Assembly: GCA_963755025.1 (NCBI GenBank)
Contig: CAVWIH010000015.1
Coordinates: forward strand, 1-64,000
Direction of reading: 5' to 3'
DNA from: an uncultured Actinomycetes bacterium
GTDB taxonomy: Bacteria; Actinomycetota; Thermoleophilia; UBA2241
DNA length: 64,000 nt
Below are positions 28,638-37,269 of the stretch, piece by piece. Numbering within the stretch: the stretch's first letter is position 1; each line of letters starts with the position of its first letter. The position numbers and the translations under genes were made by a program. The notes beneath the pieces are model-generated. The model was not told the DNA's origin. It searched no databases and worked only from the letters and a program-made list of their open reading frames with translations.

Positions 28638-28675
28638 CACGCAAAGGGGCCCGCTGCAGCGGGCCCCTTTGCGTG
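28638..28675. terminator. Bidirectional intrinsic terminator
   Basis: Perfect 38-bp palindrome cacgcaaaggggcccgctg/cagcgggcccctttgcgtg between convergent genes. Confidence 0.85.
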
Positions 28676-28698
28676 GTCGGCTTCTGATCACACTACGA

Positions 28699-29097
28699 TC
28701 AAGGAACCGTGAAGTTCCCGCTGTTGCTCAAATGCCCGACGAGCATGAAGGTGTTGCTGCTCGGGGTGGTGTAGTTATAGTAACCCTGCCCCGCGCCTTC
28801 ACTCATGAGCGTGCCGCTCGGCTGGTACGGGTTCTTGGGCCAGTTGTCGACGTAGCTGCTGAGGGTGGCCTGGCTGACCTGAGCGGCGGCCGGATACGTG
28901 TCGCTGTTGTCGACCGCGTAGCTCTGGATGCCGATCTGGATGCTGTGGATGCCCTCCTTGACCGCTGCGTCTTTAGCCTTGTTGCGCTGGGTCAGGAACA
29001 TCGGGATGGCGATGGCGGCCAGGATGCCGATGATGATGATGACGATCAGGAGCTCGATCAGCGTGAAACCCTTTTGACCTCTGGAAAAACGCTTCAT
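28699..29097 (-). CDS. pilA: Type IV (major) pilin
   Basis: Class III signal MKRFSRGQKG^FTLIELLIVIIIIGILAAIAIP with E5; WPKNPY; GGAGGAGGT RBS. Confidence 0.92.
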   Translation of the reverse strand: MKRFSRGQKGFTLIELLIVIIIIGILAAIAIPMFLTQRNKAKDAAVKEGIHSIQIGIQSYAVDNSDTYPAAAQVSQATLSSYVDNWPKNPYQPSGTLMSEGAGQGYYNYTTPSSNTFMLVGHLSNSGNFTVP

Positions 29098-29166
29098 GTG
29101 GATTGTCACCTCCTCCCAATCGTCTCGAGACCTTGCTAAGACTGGCGTGTACTTGAGAGGGGGCAC

Positions 29167-29207
29167 GAACAATGGACCCGCGGTGCCTCTCGGGCGACCA
29201 CAGGTCC
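29167..29207 (-). terminator. Riboswitch expression-platform terminator
   Basis: Minus strand ggacctgtggtcgcc-cgaga-ggcaccgcgggtcc followed by attgttc, between aptamer and pilin. Confidence 0.55.
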
Positions 29208-29225
29208 GTAGCGTCTTGTCGCTGC

Positions 29226-29306
29226 GGCGGCAACCCAGCCGACTCCTTCTTACCGGAGTCCTGTGGCTTTGCGCCCCGCCCTCACGGACGGTTTGCCGTT
29301 TTCGCC
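29226..29306 (-). ncRNA. c-di-GMP-I (GEMM-I) riboswitch
   Basis: Minus strand GGCAAACCGTCC-GTGA-GGGCGGGGCGCAAAGCCACAGG...GGCTGGGTTGCC; GNRA loop; G at the position equivalent to Vc2 G20. Confidence 0.9.
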
Positions 29307-29683
29307 TTTCATGACTAGGTTGCCCCGCCGCCGGATGGCTAGACGGAAACATCTCGGACGCAAACGTCGGGCCGGTCGACTAACCTGCTCGCGCGGCCAC
29401 GATGAAAGTAGGATGCGTCATCGCAATCGCCTGGTCGGGAGCTGCCATGAAAGTCATGCACCTGCTCCTCGTCGTCGCCGACGAGCGGGGGGTCGGCGAC
29501 CAGCGTGGCGGCATCGACCACACCGTCGACCGCCATCGCCGGCAGCTCCACACCCGTGGCCTCCGGGAGCCCCACGTCGGCCGTCGCGACCTCGCGGACC
29601 GGGTGACGAGTACCTGCGGATCGCGGTGATCGGCGCGAAGAGCACCCTGAGTAGCTCGTGCCAGTGGCGTAGCGCATGAGCTC

Positions 29684-29794
29684 AAGACCGGCCTCGCCCG
29701 ATGAGTCGAGAATCTCAATCGCGGCTCGGACGATCCGATTCTTCGACAGCGCGTCCAGGCGACGAGCTACTTCGCGCTTCCGCCATAGACCCAT
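29684..29794 (-). pseudogene. TetR N-terminal remnant
   Basis: LSKNRIVRAAIEILDSSGEAGL then similarity is lost; palindrome TTGGA-N7-TCCAA at about 29826-29842 between it and the divergent ABM gene. Confidence 0.6.
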
Positions 29795-29891
29795 TTGCTA
29801 GACTCGGACCAATGATCAAAACTCATTGGACCAGCGATCCAATACCGCCGGATGCGCTGACCGACATGACCCGAAGAACTAGGGGAGTTCC

Positions 29892-30209
29892 ATGAACACG
29901 AATCAGCCAGGTGTGGTCCTGCGCTTCCAGGCAAAACCCGGCAAGGGCGACGAGCTGTTCCAGCTCTGCAACGACCTTCACTTCACGGGTGACCCCGACG
30001 GTCCCGTGGACTGGTCGCTGAACCGTGACGACAGCAATCCGGACGTGATGTGGGCGTTCGAGTTCTACCGGGACCAGGAGTCCTTCGATCGTCACTACTC
30101 GAACCAGCAACTCGACGAACCCCACCAGCGCGTGCTCGATCTGCTTGCCGACGAAGAAGGGCTGGACCCGTCGATGCGCGTAGACGTCCACGTCGCCTTC
30201 TCGAGCTGA
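29892..30209 (+). CDS. Antibiotic biosynthesis monooxygenase (ABM)-like protein
   Basis: RFQAKPGKGDEL...WAFEFYRDQESFDRH; AGGGGAG RBS. Confidence 0.82.
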   Translation: MNTNQPGVVLRFQAKPGKGDELFQLCNDLHFTGDPDGPVDWSLNRDDSNPDVMWAFEFYRDQESFDRHYSNQQLDEPHQRVLDLLADEEGLDPSMRVDVHVAFSS

Positions 30210-30249
30210 TCGCGGCGGTCGACCGCACTGCACCCGCTCCCGACATCGT

Positions 30250-31455
30250 TCAGAAACGTTCGTATTCGCTACAACCCGCTGATCTCGATACCCGCGGTGG
30301 CCTTGGCCTGATCAGTCCGGAGTCTCTGCGTCCGCAGTGGACGGCTATCGGCCACCGTTCTGACCACAAAGGGCCAGAGCGGACCCGCGGTAGCTTCGTC
30401 TGATAGCCCGCCAAACGCTTCGATGATCTTCCACGCATCGTTGCGCATCTCCCGGTGCGCGCGATCCCCGAGCCTCTTGTCGATGCGCTCCTCGCTTCAG
30501 ACGTGGCCCCAGACCATGAGGCCGCCCGCCGCCACGAGCACCAAGGCGAGGGCCGTCGACGCCGAGCCGCGGTTCGGCTGCGTGCCCGCGAGGAATGATT
30601 TTTGATGTGCGTCGCGTTTGGAGAGGCGGCACGTGCTTCCGCGGGGCCAGAGCCCTCCGCGGCTCGCAGGCGTCTGGGGAACACGAGCTCGGCCGCGTCG
30701 CGGTCGGCGGGCGTGTCGACCTCGTACCAGCGGTCGGCCGGGAACTGCACGGCCTCGAGGGCCATGCTGCCGGCGGCGGTCATCTCGGCGAAGACGACGT
30801 CGTGGAAGTAGCCGGTGTGGCCGGCCTCCACGTGCCGGTCCAGGCGTGCGCGCGCTTCGGCCCAGGCGCCGCGCCCGAGGCTCGTGAGATTGACGGTGAT
30901 GAAGTGGTCGGCGGCCCGGCAGTGCCGCCCGTAGACGCCCGGGGGCGGCGAGTAGAAGGCGCTCACCGCGCCGCGCGCGTCGAGCGTCACCGTGGTGCCG
31001 CTCATCCACGGCAGTTGCGGCGAGACGGCGATGCGGTCGGGCTGCAGCAGGGGCGCCAGCAGGGGCGCGTCGAAGACGATGTCGCTCTCGACGAGCAGGA
31101 ACGGTCCGTCGACCAGACGGCTCGCCAGCCACAGCGAGTAGAGCGAGTTGGTGGTCGCAAAGCGCGGACTGACGACGTACTCGACCGACACGCCGCCGAA
31201 CCCGTCGCCCAGGAAGTCGCGAACGCTGTCCGCCCGGTGGCCCACCACGGCGACGAGGCGCTCGAAGCCGTAGTCGTCGAGGGTGCGCACCAGCCGCTCG
31301 ATGATCGGCACTCCGCTCACCGAGACGAGGCACTTCGGCAGGTCGTCCGTGAACGGCGCCAGGCGGCTCCCCATGCCGGCGGCCAGCAGCAACGCCGTCC
31401 GTATCGGTCCGCCGCCGCCCGTGAGGCGGCCCGAGTTCAAGGTCAGCTTCCTCAT
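30250..31455 (-). CDS. Phosphocholine cytidylyltransferase (LicC)-like nucleotidyltransferase; 3' third runs into unrelated sequence
   Basis: LLAAGMGSRL, PKCL, TTNSLYSL, LVESD, WYEVDTPAD; similarity ends near 30680. Confidence 0.82.
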   Translation of the reverse strand: MRKLTLNSGRLTGGGGPIRTALLLAAGMGSRLAPFTDDLPKCLVSVSGVPIIERLVRTLDDYGFERLVAVVGHRADSVRDFLGDGFGGVSVEYVVSPRFATTNSLYSLWLASRLVDGPFLLVESDIVFDAPLLAPLLQPDRIAVSPQLPWMSGTTVTLDARGAVSAFYSPPPGVYGRHCRAADHFITVNLTSLGRGAWAEARARLDRHVEAGHTGYFHDVVFAEMTAAGSMALEAVQFPADRWYEVDTPADRDAAELVFPRRLRAAEGSGPAEARAASPNATHIKNHSSRARSRTAARRRRPSPWCSWRRAASWSGATSEARSASTRGSGIARTGRCATMRGRSSKRLAGYQTKLPRVRSGPLWSERWPIAVHCGRRDSGLIRPRPPRVSRSAGCSEYERF

Positions 31456-31503
31456 GCCACCTCTCCCTCTGGCACAGACAACACGAGGCGCGAGGTGACG
31501 CCC

Positions 31504-31575
31504 TGAGCGGCGTGCGGCGATGAGCGGCGGGCGGCGATGAGCCGTGCGGCGATGAGCGGCGGGCGGCGATGAGCG
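31504..31575. repeat. 15-17-bp tandem repeat x4 (TGAGCGGCGKGCGGCGA)
   Basis: Units at 31504, 31521, 31538, 31553 plus a partial; each junction creates an ATG. Confidence 0.8.
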
Positions 31576-32321
31576 CGCGGGGCGCCGCGCGCGACGTCGG
31601 GAGCCCGGCGGCTCGATCCACAGCGGCCGCAGGCTCGCCGGCGAGCGAGCAGCCGTCAGGGCGGCCGACGTCGGGCGGCCGGGCGGCGCAGCCGCGAGAG
31701 GCTTCGCCCCGGCCGGTGCTCGCCTACGACCGCGAGCTGCCCAACCTCTGCTCGCTCGCCGGGCTGCTGGCGGCGTCGCTGGGCATCTGGTTCGCGGCGC
31801 GCGCCACGTATCCGGCGGCCGTCGTCGCGCTCCTGTGGGCGCTCGTCTTCGACTGGAGCGACGGCCGCCTCGCCAGGCGCGCGCCGGAGCGCTCAGCCGA
31901 GCAGCGCGCCTTTGGCTTGGAGCTCGACTCGCTCGTCGACATCGTCACCTTCTGCGTGGCGCCCGCCGTGCTGCTGCTGCGCCTGGGGGAGCTCGGCGTC
32001 TGGTTCGTGCCGGGCGCCTTCGTAGTGCTCGCGGCGGGGGCCCTGCGACTCAGCTACTTCAACGTGTTCGGGGCGATCGACGACCACACGAGCCGCGGGT
32101 TGTCGCTCGACAACAACGTGCTCGTGCTGGGGTTCCTCTTTGTCTTCGAGCCGCTGCTCGGCCGGGCGCACTTCGCCCTCGTGCTGTACGCGGCGCTGCT
32201 GGCGCTCGCCGCCCTCAACGTGGCCCCGATCGCGACCCCCAAGCTTGGCGGACGCTGGTATTACGTGGTCATCGCCTACGCCCTGGTGCTGAGCGGCATC
32301 TACGGGTGGCAGTTGCGCTAG
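31569..32321 (+). CDS. CDP-alcohol phosphatidyltransferase
   Basis: LPNLCS, DWSDGRLARR...FGLELDSLVD signature; LRLSYFN; start uncertain. Confidence 0.9.
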   Translation: MSARGAARDVGSPAARSTAAAGSPASEQPSGRPTSGGRAAQPREASPRPVLAYDRELPNLCSLAGLLAASLGIWFAARATYPAAVVALLWALVFDWSDGRLARRAPERSAEQRAFGLELDSLVDIVTFCVAPAVLLLRLGELGVWFVPGAFVVLAAGALRLSYFNVFGAIDDHTSRGLSLDNNVLVLGFLFVFEPLLGRAHFALVLYAALLALAALNVAPIATPKLGGRWYYVVIAYALVLSGIYGWQLR

Positions 32322-33166
32322 AGGCGGCCAAGGCCCGGGGGCAGGGGCGCCATGGTGCGGTCGGAGATGCACAGGAGGCCCGAAAAACCCGACCTGGCGG
32401 CGCGCTGCATGGCCTCGTCCCAGAGGCGGCCGACGTGCGCCGCGCAGTGGGCGTCGGAGCCGAGCACCAGGGGGATGCCGCGATCGCTAGCGGCGTGCAG
32501 CAGCGTGTCGCTCGGGTACATCACGCCAGCCGGGTCGGTGATGCGGTCGGTGTTCAGCTCGATGGCGGCGCCCGAAGCGGCGATGGCGTCGAGGGCGGCG
32601 GCGACGGCGGCTGCCGCCGCGGGTCCGGGCGTGTGCCCCCACAGGCCGATGTAGTCGAGGTGGGCGATGATGTCGAACTTGCCGAACTGCGCGGCCTGCC
32701 GCACCTTGTCGTAGTAGGCGGCAAAGAGGGCGTCGGGGTCGTCCCAGCGAGGATCGTGGCGCAGGGCGGGGTCGTCGAAGTCGAAGCCGTCGACTGCGTG
32801 CACGCCACCGATCACGTAATCGAACGGCTGGTCGTCGAGCATCGCGTGCAGCTGACCTTCGTGCTCGGGCGCGTAGTCGGCCTCGATGCCGAGGAGTACC
32901 GTGATGCCCTCGTGGCGGCTTGCCTCGCGGCGCACCTCGGCGCTGTAGCGCCCGAGGTCTGCGAAGGCGATGCTCGGCATCTTCCAGGGTGAGGGCTGCA
33001 CCGCCGAGATGTGGTCGGAGATGCCGATCTCGGACAGCCCCACGGCAATCGCCTGCTCGACGCTGTCGGCCACCGTGCCGGAGCCGTCGGAGTAGGTGGT
33101 GTGGGTGTGGTAGTCGCCGGGCAGGGCGTACGCCCTGCCGCCGCCGTTCGCGCGCGGTTCGCTCAT
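32318..33166 (-). CDS. PHP-family phosphatase (histidinol-phosphatase HisK-like)
   Basis: DYHTHT, ISDH, GIEAD, GGVH, IAHLD, IELNT, GSDAH. Confidence 0.88.
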   Translation of the reverse strand: MSEPRANGGGRAYALPGDYHTHTTYSDGSGTVADSVEQAIAVGLSEIGISDHISAVQPSPWKMPSIAFADLGRYSAEVRREASRHEGITVLLGIEADYAPEHEGQLHAMLDDQPFDYVIGGVHAVDGFDFDDPALRHDPRWDDPDALFAAYYDKVRQAAQFGKFDIIAHLDYIGLWGHTPGPAAAAAVAAALDAIAASGAAIELNTDRITDPAGVMYPSDTLLHAASDRGIPLVLGSDAHCAAHVGRLWDEAMQRAARSGFSGLLCISDRTMAPLPPGLGRL

Positions 33167-33313
33167 ATTTCGATCCTCGGTACGCGGTCCATGATCACAC
33201 AGAGTACCCCAGCCGCCGGCCATTGACCCTGCGGCCGCCGTCTACCATGATCATGGTAGACGGGGTCCTGGACCTCGTCCACGTGAATCGACCAGCGGCG
33301 CAGGGAGCGGCTG

Positions 33314-34972
33314 ATGGCAAGGCGAGACGCTCTCATCGACGACCGCGACGGTTGGCGGCCCACAGACCTGTTCGGCATCTTCGCCCTCGTCGCGCTGCTC
33401 GGCGTCCTGTGGTTCGCGCGGTTCGACCTGATCACGGGGTTTGCGCCGCACACCGACGACGGGCTCTACCTCTACATCGGCCAGCAGCTCCTGCGCGGGG
33501 CGACGCCCTACCGCGACGTCTTCGACAACAAAGGCCCCCTGCTCTATCTCATCAACGCGTTCGGGCTCGCGTTGGGCGGCGGTTCGTACTGGGGCGTCTA
33601 TGCGCTCGAGTACGTCTTGCTCTCGGCGGCGGCGGCGCTCGCCTACCTGGTCCTCAAGGTGCGCGTCGGCCGGCTCGTCGCGCTGCTGGCGGTGCTCTTC
33701 TTCGTCCTCGAGATCGTGCACGTCGTCGCCGGCGACCACGAAGAGGAGTACGAGGTCGTCCTCCAGTGCGTGGCGCTCTTCGTGCTCTTTCGCCGGCCGG
33801 CGAGCGAGCCGCGGCTGCGGTGGTGGGTCGTGGCCGGCGCGCTCGGCGCCGGCGCTTTTCTGCTCAAGCCCACCGGCGTCGGGCTGTGGGTGGCGCTGCT
33901 GGCGGCGGTGCTGGTGATCTGCGCGCGAAGCGGCGCGTGGGGCACGTGGCTGCCGCGCCTGGCGGCCGTGGCCGGCGCCGTCGCTCTAGTCGGCGCCTGC
34001 TGCTTTGCCTACCTGAGCGCCATGGGCGCGCTGCACTCCTTCATCGCCGACTACGTGAGCTTCAACCTCATGTACTCAGGTCAGAACGGCATGGCCGACC
34101 GTCTCGCGAGCGCGTGGTACGGCGCGGGGCAGGTCGGCTACCTCGTGGTCGTCGCCGTGGTCGTTGCCTGGCTGCTCACGCTGCGCGGTGTCGTGCGCCG
34201 CAGCGGTCAGAGCGACGGCGCCGACGGCTTGGCGCTGCTGTGCGTGATCTGGCTGCCCGTCGAGGTCGTGCTGGCGGCCACGTCGGGTTACTCGCGGCTG
34301 CAGTACTACTTTCTCTGGCTGTTGCCAGCGACCATGCTGCTTGGCTGCGCCCTCGCCCGGCTGAGCCGGTCCGACGTCGACGAGCACGCGACCAGGCGGG
34401 CGCGGCCGGATCGCCCGCGGCTGGGCCGCTTGCGGTCGAGCTGGCCGGCGGCGCTGCTCGCCGCCGTGGCCTTCGCCGGTCTGCTGGCGCCGACGGCGAC
34501 GCTGGCGCACGAGCTCGCAGGGAGCGTCGTGCACCACAGTCGCTACGCGGCGCAACGGCCGCAGGCCGAGCAGATCGCCGCCTACGTCGACCGGCACACC
34601 GCGCCCGACGACAAGGTCCTCGTGTGGGGAGGCTACGACGCGGCCGTCAACTTCCTCGCCAAGCGCCGCTCGCCGACCCGCTACGCCATGCAGCTGGCGC
34701 TCTACTACCCCGACTACGCCGTCACGGGCGTCCCGGAGTTCCTGCGCGAGCTCAAGGCCGACCCCCCGGCGCTGATCCTCGACACCTCGCCGAGCTACGG
34801 CTCGCAGTGGGGCACGGCGGTGCCGTCGCTTGCGGCCACCGATCCGTGGAGCTCGAGCCCGCCTGCCGTGCGGGCCGCTTGGGCGTCGGTGACCACGTAC
34901 ATCCACGCGCGGTATCGCCTCGCTGGCACGCTCGGCTTCGCCCCACAGTGGCCGGTATACGTACGGCGCTGA
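33314..34972 (+). CDS. GT-C fold membrane glycosyltransferase (ArnT/PMT-like)
   Basis: TDDGLYLYIG..L.G.TPYRDVFDNKGP, LLKPT, C-terminal soluble domain VLVWG. Confidence 0.8.
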   Translation: MARRDALIDDRDGWRPTDLFGIFALVALLGVLWFARFDLITGFAPHTDDGLYLYIGQQLLRGATPYRDVFDNKGPLLYLINAFGLALGGGSYWGVYALEYVLLSAAAALAYLVLKVRVGRLVALLAVLFFVLEIVHVVAGDHEEEYEVVLQCVALFVLFRRPASEPRLRWWVVAGALGAGAFLLKPTGVGLWVALLAAVLVICARSGAWGTWLPRLAAVAGAVALVGACCFAYLSAMGALHSFIADYVSFNLMYSGQNGMADRLASAWYGAGQVGYLVVVAVVVAWLLTLRGVVRRSGQSDGADGLALLCVIWLPVEVVLAATSGYSRLQYYFLWLLPATMLLGCALARLSRSDVDEHATRRARPDRPRLGRLRSSWPAALLAAVAFAGLLAPTATLAHELAGSVVHHSRYAAQRPQAEQIAAYVDRHTAPDDKVLVWGGYDAAVNFLAKRRSPTRYAMQLALYYPDYAVTGVPEFLRELKADPPALILDTSPSYGSQWGTAVPSLAATDPWSSSPPAVRAAWASVTTYIHARYRLAGTLGFAPQWPVYVRR

Positions 34973-35071
34973 CCGGCGCTCTCGACCGTTCGTCTTCACG
35001 GCATCCGATCCGCCGTCGAATGGTAGATTCGCCGGTGTGCGTACCGACCGTCGTCGTCGAAGGAGCGTGTC

Positions 35072-35473
35072 ATGTCCCAAAGTGACCGGATCGCGCCGAT
35101 GCTCATGTTCGGCGGGCGCGCCGAAGAGGCGATCGGCTTCTACACCGCGCTGTTCGACGACTCGAGCGTCGAGTCGATCGAGCGCTATGGGGCCGAGTAC
35201 CCGGGGCCCGAGGGCCAGGTCGTGCACGCCCGCTTTCGCCTGGGCGGCCGGTTGTTCATGGCGATGGACAGCCACATCGAACAGCCGTACACGTTCACGC
35301 CCGCGACCTCGTTCTTCATGGAGTGCGCCGACGAAGGCGAGATCGACCGCCTGGCGACAGCCCTGAGCGAGGGCGGCGCGGTGCTCATGCCGCTCGGCGC
35401 CTACCCCTTCGCCGCCCGCTACGCCTGGGTGCAGGACCGCTTTGGCGTGTCGTGGCAGCTCATGCTTGCCTAG
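35072..35473 (+). CDS. VOC/PhnB-like protein
   Basis: LMF.G.AEEAI.FY, FTPATSF, WVQDRFGVSWQL. Confidence 0.92.
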   Translation: MSQSDRIAPMLMFGGRAEEAIGFYTALFDDSSVESIERYGAEYPGPEGQVVHARFRLGGRLFMAMDSHIEQPYTFTPATSFFMECADEGEIDRLATALSEGGAVLMPLGAYPFAARYAWVQDRFGVSWQLMLA

Positions 35474-35526
35474 CCTGGCCATCGCTCGCTTCGGGCCGCG
35501 GCCGTCTGGCCGCGCCCGGCGCGCCC

Positions 35527-37059
35527 CTACGCCTCTTCGACGGCCCCGGCAAGAAGGTCGGACTCGGTCGTCTGCGCGCCGCGGCTCTCCCTGCGCCCCC
35601 AGGCCCAGAACCCCACCGCGACGAGCACGATGACGATGAACGAGCCGAACGTGACCGCCTCGAAGTAGCGGCGCCCGACGCCCCAGGTAGTGGTGATCGA
35701 GTAGCTCTGGCCGAGCAGGTAGTGGTCGATGAAGCCCGGCCACAGCAGCGTGAAGCCGGTGAGTACGACGCCGATTTCGGAGAGCAGCACCGAGACCCAC
35801 AGGCCGAGCCTGCCGCCCGGCACCCGGAAGGGGCGCTGAACGTCGGGGAACTTGCGGCGCAGCGTGATGACCGCCGGCAGGCTGAACAGGTAGCACAGCA
35901 CGGCGGTCGAGAGCACGAGACTGAGCATCACCGAGAAGAAGCTGGTGAGCGAGCCCTTGAGCACCGCCAGGATGTAGACCACGAAGAACGAGCCCACGAT
36001 CCCCGACAGGATGGCCATCGAGACCGGCGTGCCCTGCTTGCTGAAGCGTCCCAGAATGCGCGGCGCGGCGCCGTCGAGCGCGGCGATGGCCTCGACCCGG
36101 CAGGAACCCAGGATCCACACCGAGCCCGAGCTGATCAGGGTCAGGATGATGACGATGGCGAAGACGTAGCCCAAAAAGCGGGCGCCGCCGCCGCTGCCGA
36201 ACACGCCGCTGTTGACGGCCGCGAAGGCGCCGGTGAAGCCGCTCGCGCCGCTCAGGGTCTTTTCGGGCAGGGCGAGCAGGATCCCGCCGATCACCACGAT
36301 GTACAGCACGGCCGTGATGGCGCCCGAGCGCAGCACGCCGATCGGCACGTCGCGTTGCGGGTCGACCATCTCTTCGCTGGCGCCCGATTCGAGCTCGAAA
36401 CCGACGAGCAAGAAGACGATGCTGCCGATCACGGCCAGAAAGCCGCTCACGCTGGGCTTGAGGGTGGAGAGCGGCGCGTGCCCGGCCGGTAGCCCCTTCT
36501 TGACGAGGTAGCCGACCACCAGGGCGCCGAAGAAGACCACGGCGACGGCTTTGACCCAGGCGCCCGCGTTCACCACCCACTTGCCGTGCTTGAGCGAGAT
36601 GACGGCGACCCAGATGCTCAGCCACACGAAGGCGAGGCCGATGACCGTCGAGGCGAGCCAGCCCAGGTCGGCGTGGTGATCGGGGTGCATGAAGAAGGCG
36701 TCGATGGCGGCGATCGTCACGCCCGACAACGTGCCGCCGATCCAGATCGCGTTGGCGACCCAGTAGAGCAGGGCCGTGATGCCGGCCGGCAGCTTGCCGT
36801 AGGCCATGCGCACCCACGTGTAGATACCGCCTTCGACCGGAAAGGTCGAGGCCAGCTCCGCGCTGACGAGACCGTAGGGCAGCAGAAAGACGAAGACGAA
36901 GACCACCAGCCAGGTGACGGCCTGCCACAGGCCGAAGCTGGCGACGCCGGCGATGGCGTCGAGGCCGATGATCGCGCAGACGCTGAAGAACACGAGGTCC
37001 CAGCGCCGCAGCACCCGCTTGAGTTTCGCCTTCTCCTGCTTGAGCTCGACGCCGGGCAT
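35527..37059 (-). CDS. APC-family amino acid/polyamine permease
   Basis: AELASTFPVEGGIYTW, GFE...EEM.DPQRDVP, RPFRVPGG; about 12 TM. Confidence 0.92.
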   Translation of the reverse strand: MPGVELKQEKAKLKRVLRRWDLVFFSVCAIIGLDAIAGVASFGLWQAVTWLVVFVFVFLLPYGLVSAELASTFPVEGGIYTWVRMAYGKLPAGITALLYWVANAIWIGGTLSGVTIAAIDAFFMHPDHHADLGWLASTVIGLAFVWLSIWVAVISLKHGKWVVNAGAWVKAVAVVFFGALVVGYLVKKGLPAGHAPLSTLKPSVSGFLAVIGSIVFLLVGFELESGASEEMVDPQRDVPIGVLRSGAITAVLYIVVIGGILLALPEKTLSGASGFTGAFAAVNSGVFGSGGGARFLGYVFAIVIILTLISSGSVWILGSCRVEAIAALDGAAPRILGRFSKQGTPVSMAILSGIVGSFFVVYILAVLKGSLTSFFSVMLSLVLSTAVLCYLFSLPAVITLRRKFPDVQRPFRVPGGRLGLWVSVLLSEIGVVLTGFTLLWPGFIDHYLLGQSYSITTTWGVGRRYFEAVTFGSFIVIVLVAVGFWAWGRRESRGAQTTESDLLAGAVEEA

Positions 37060-37269
37060 GAAGCCTCCGATCGCTTCCGTTCGGGGGTCCCGTGCCTGCC
37101 ACGTGGCACACACACAACGGACCTGGGACGCGCAGCGCTCGCACGCTATCACCTCAGGGCCCTCGCGGACACGCCCGCCGCGCGGCGATCGCGGCGGGAC
37201 ACACCGCGCCGCACCTCCGGGCCGGCCGGGACGGCGTAGAATGGCACCCCGCGAACGGAAGGATTGCAG

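Noticed and set aside
34076-37144. Very long antisense or alternate-frame ORFs (e.g. 1022 aa here, 50037-52637, 46691-48877)
   Set aside because: Arg/Pro/Ala-rich shadow frames typical of high-GC DNA, overlapping well-supported genes
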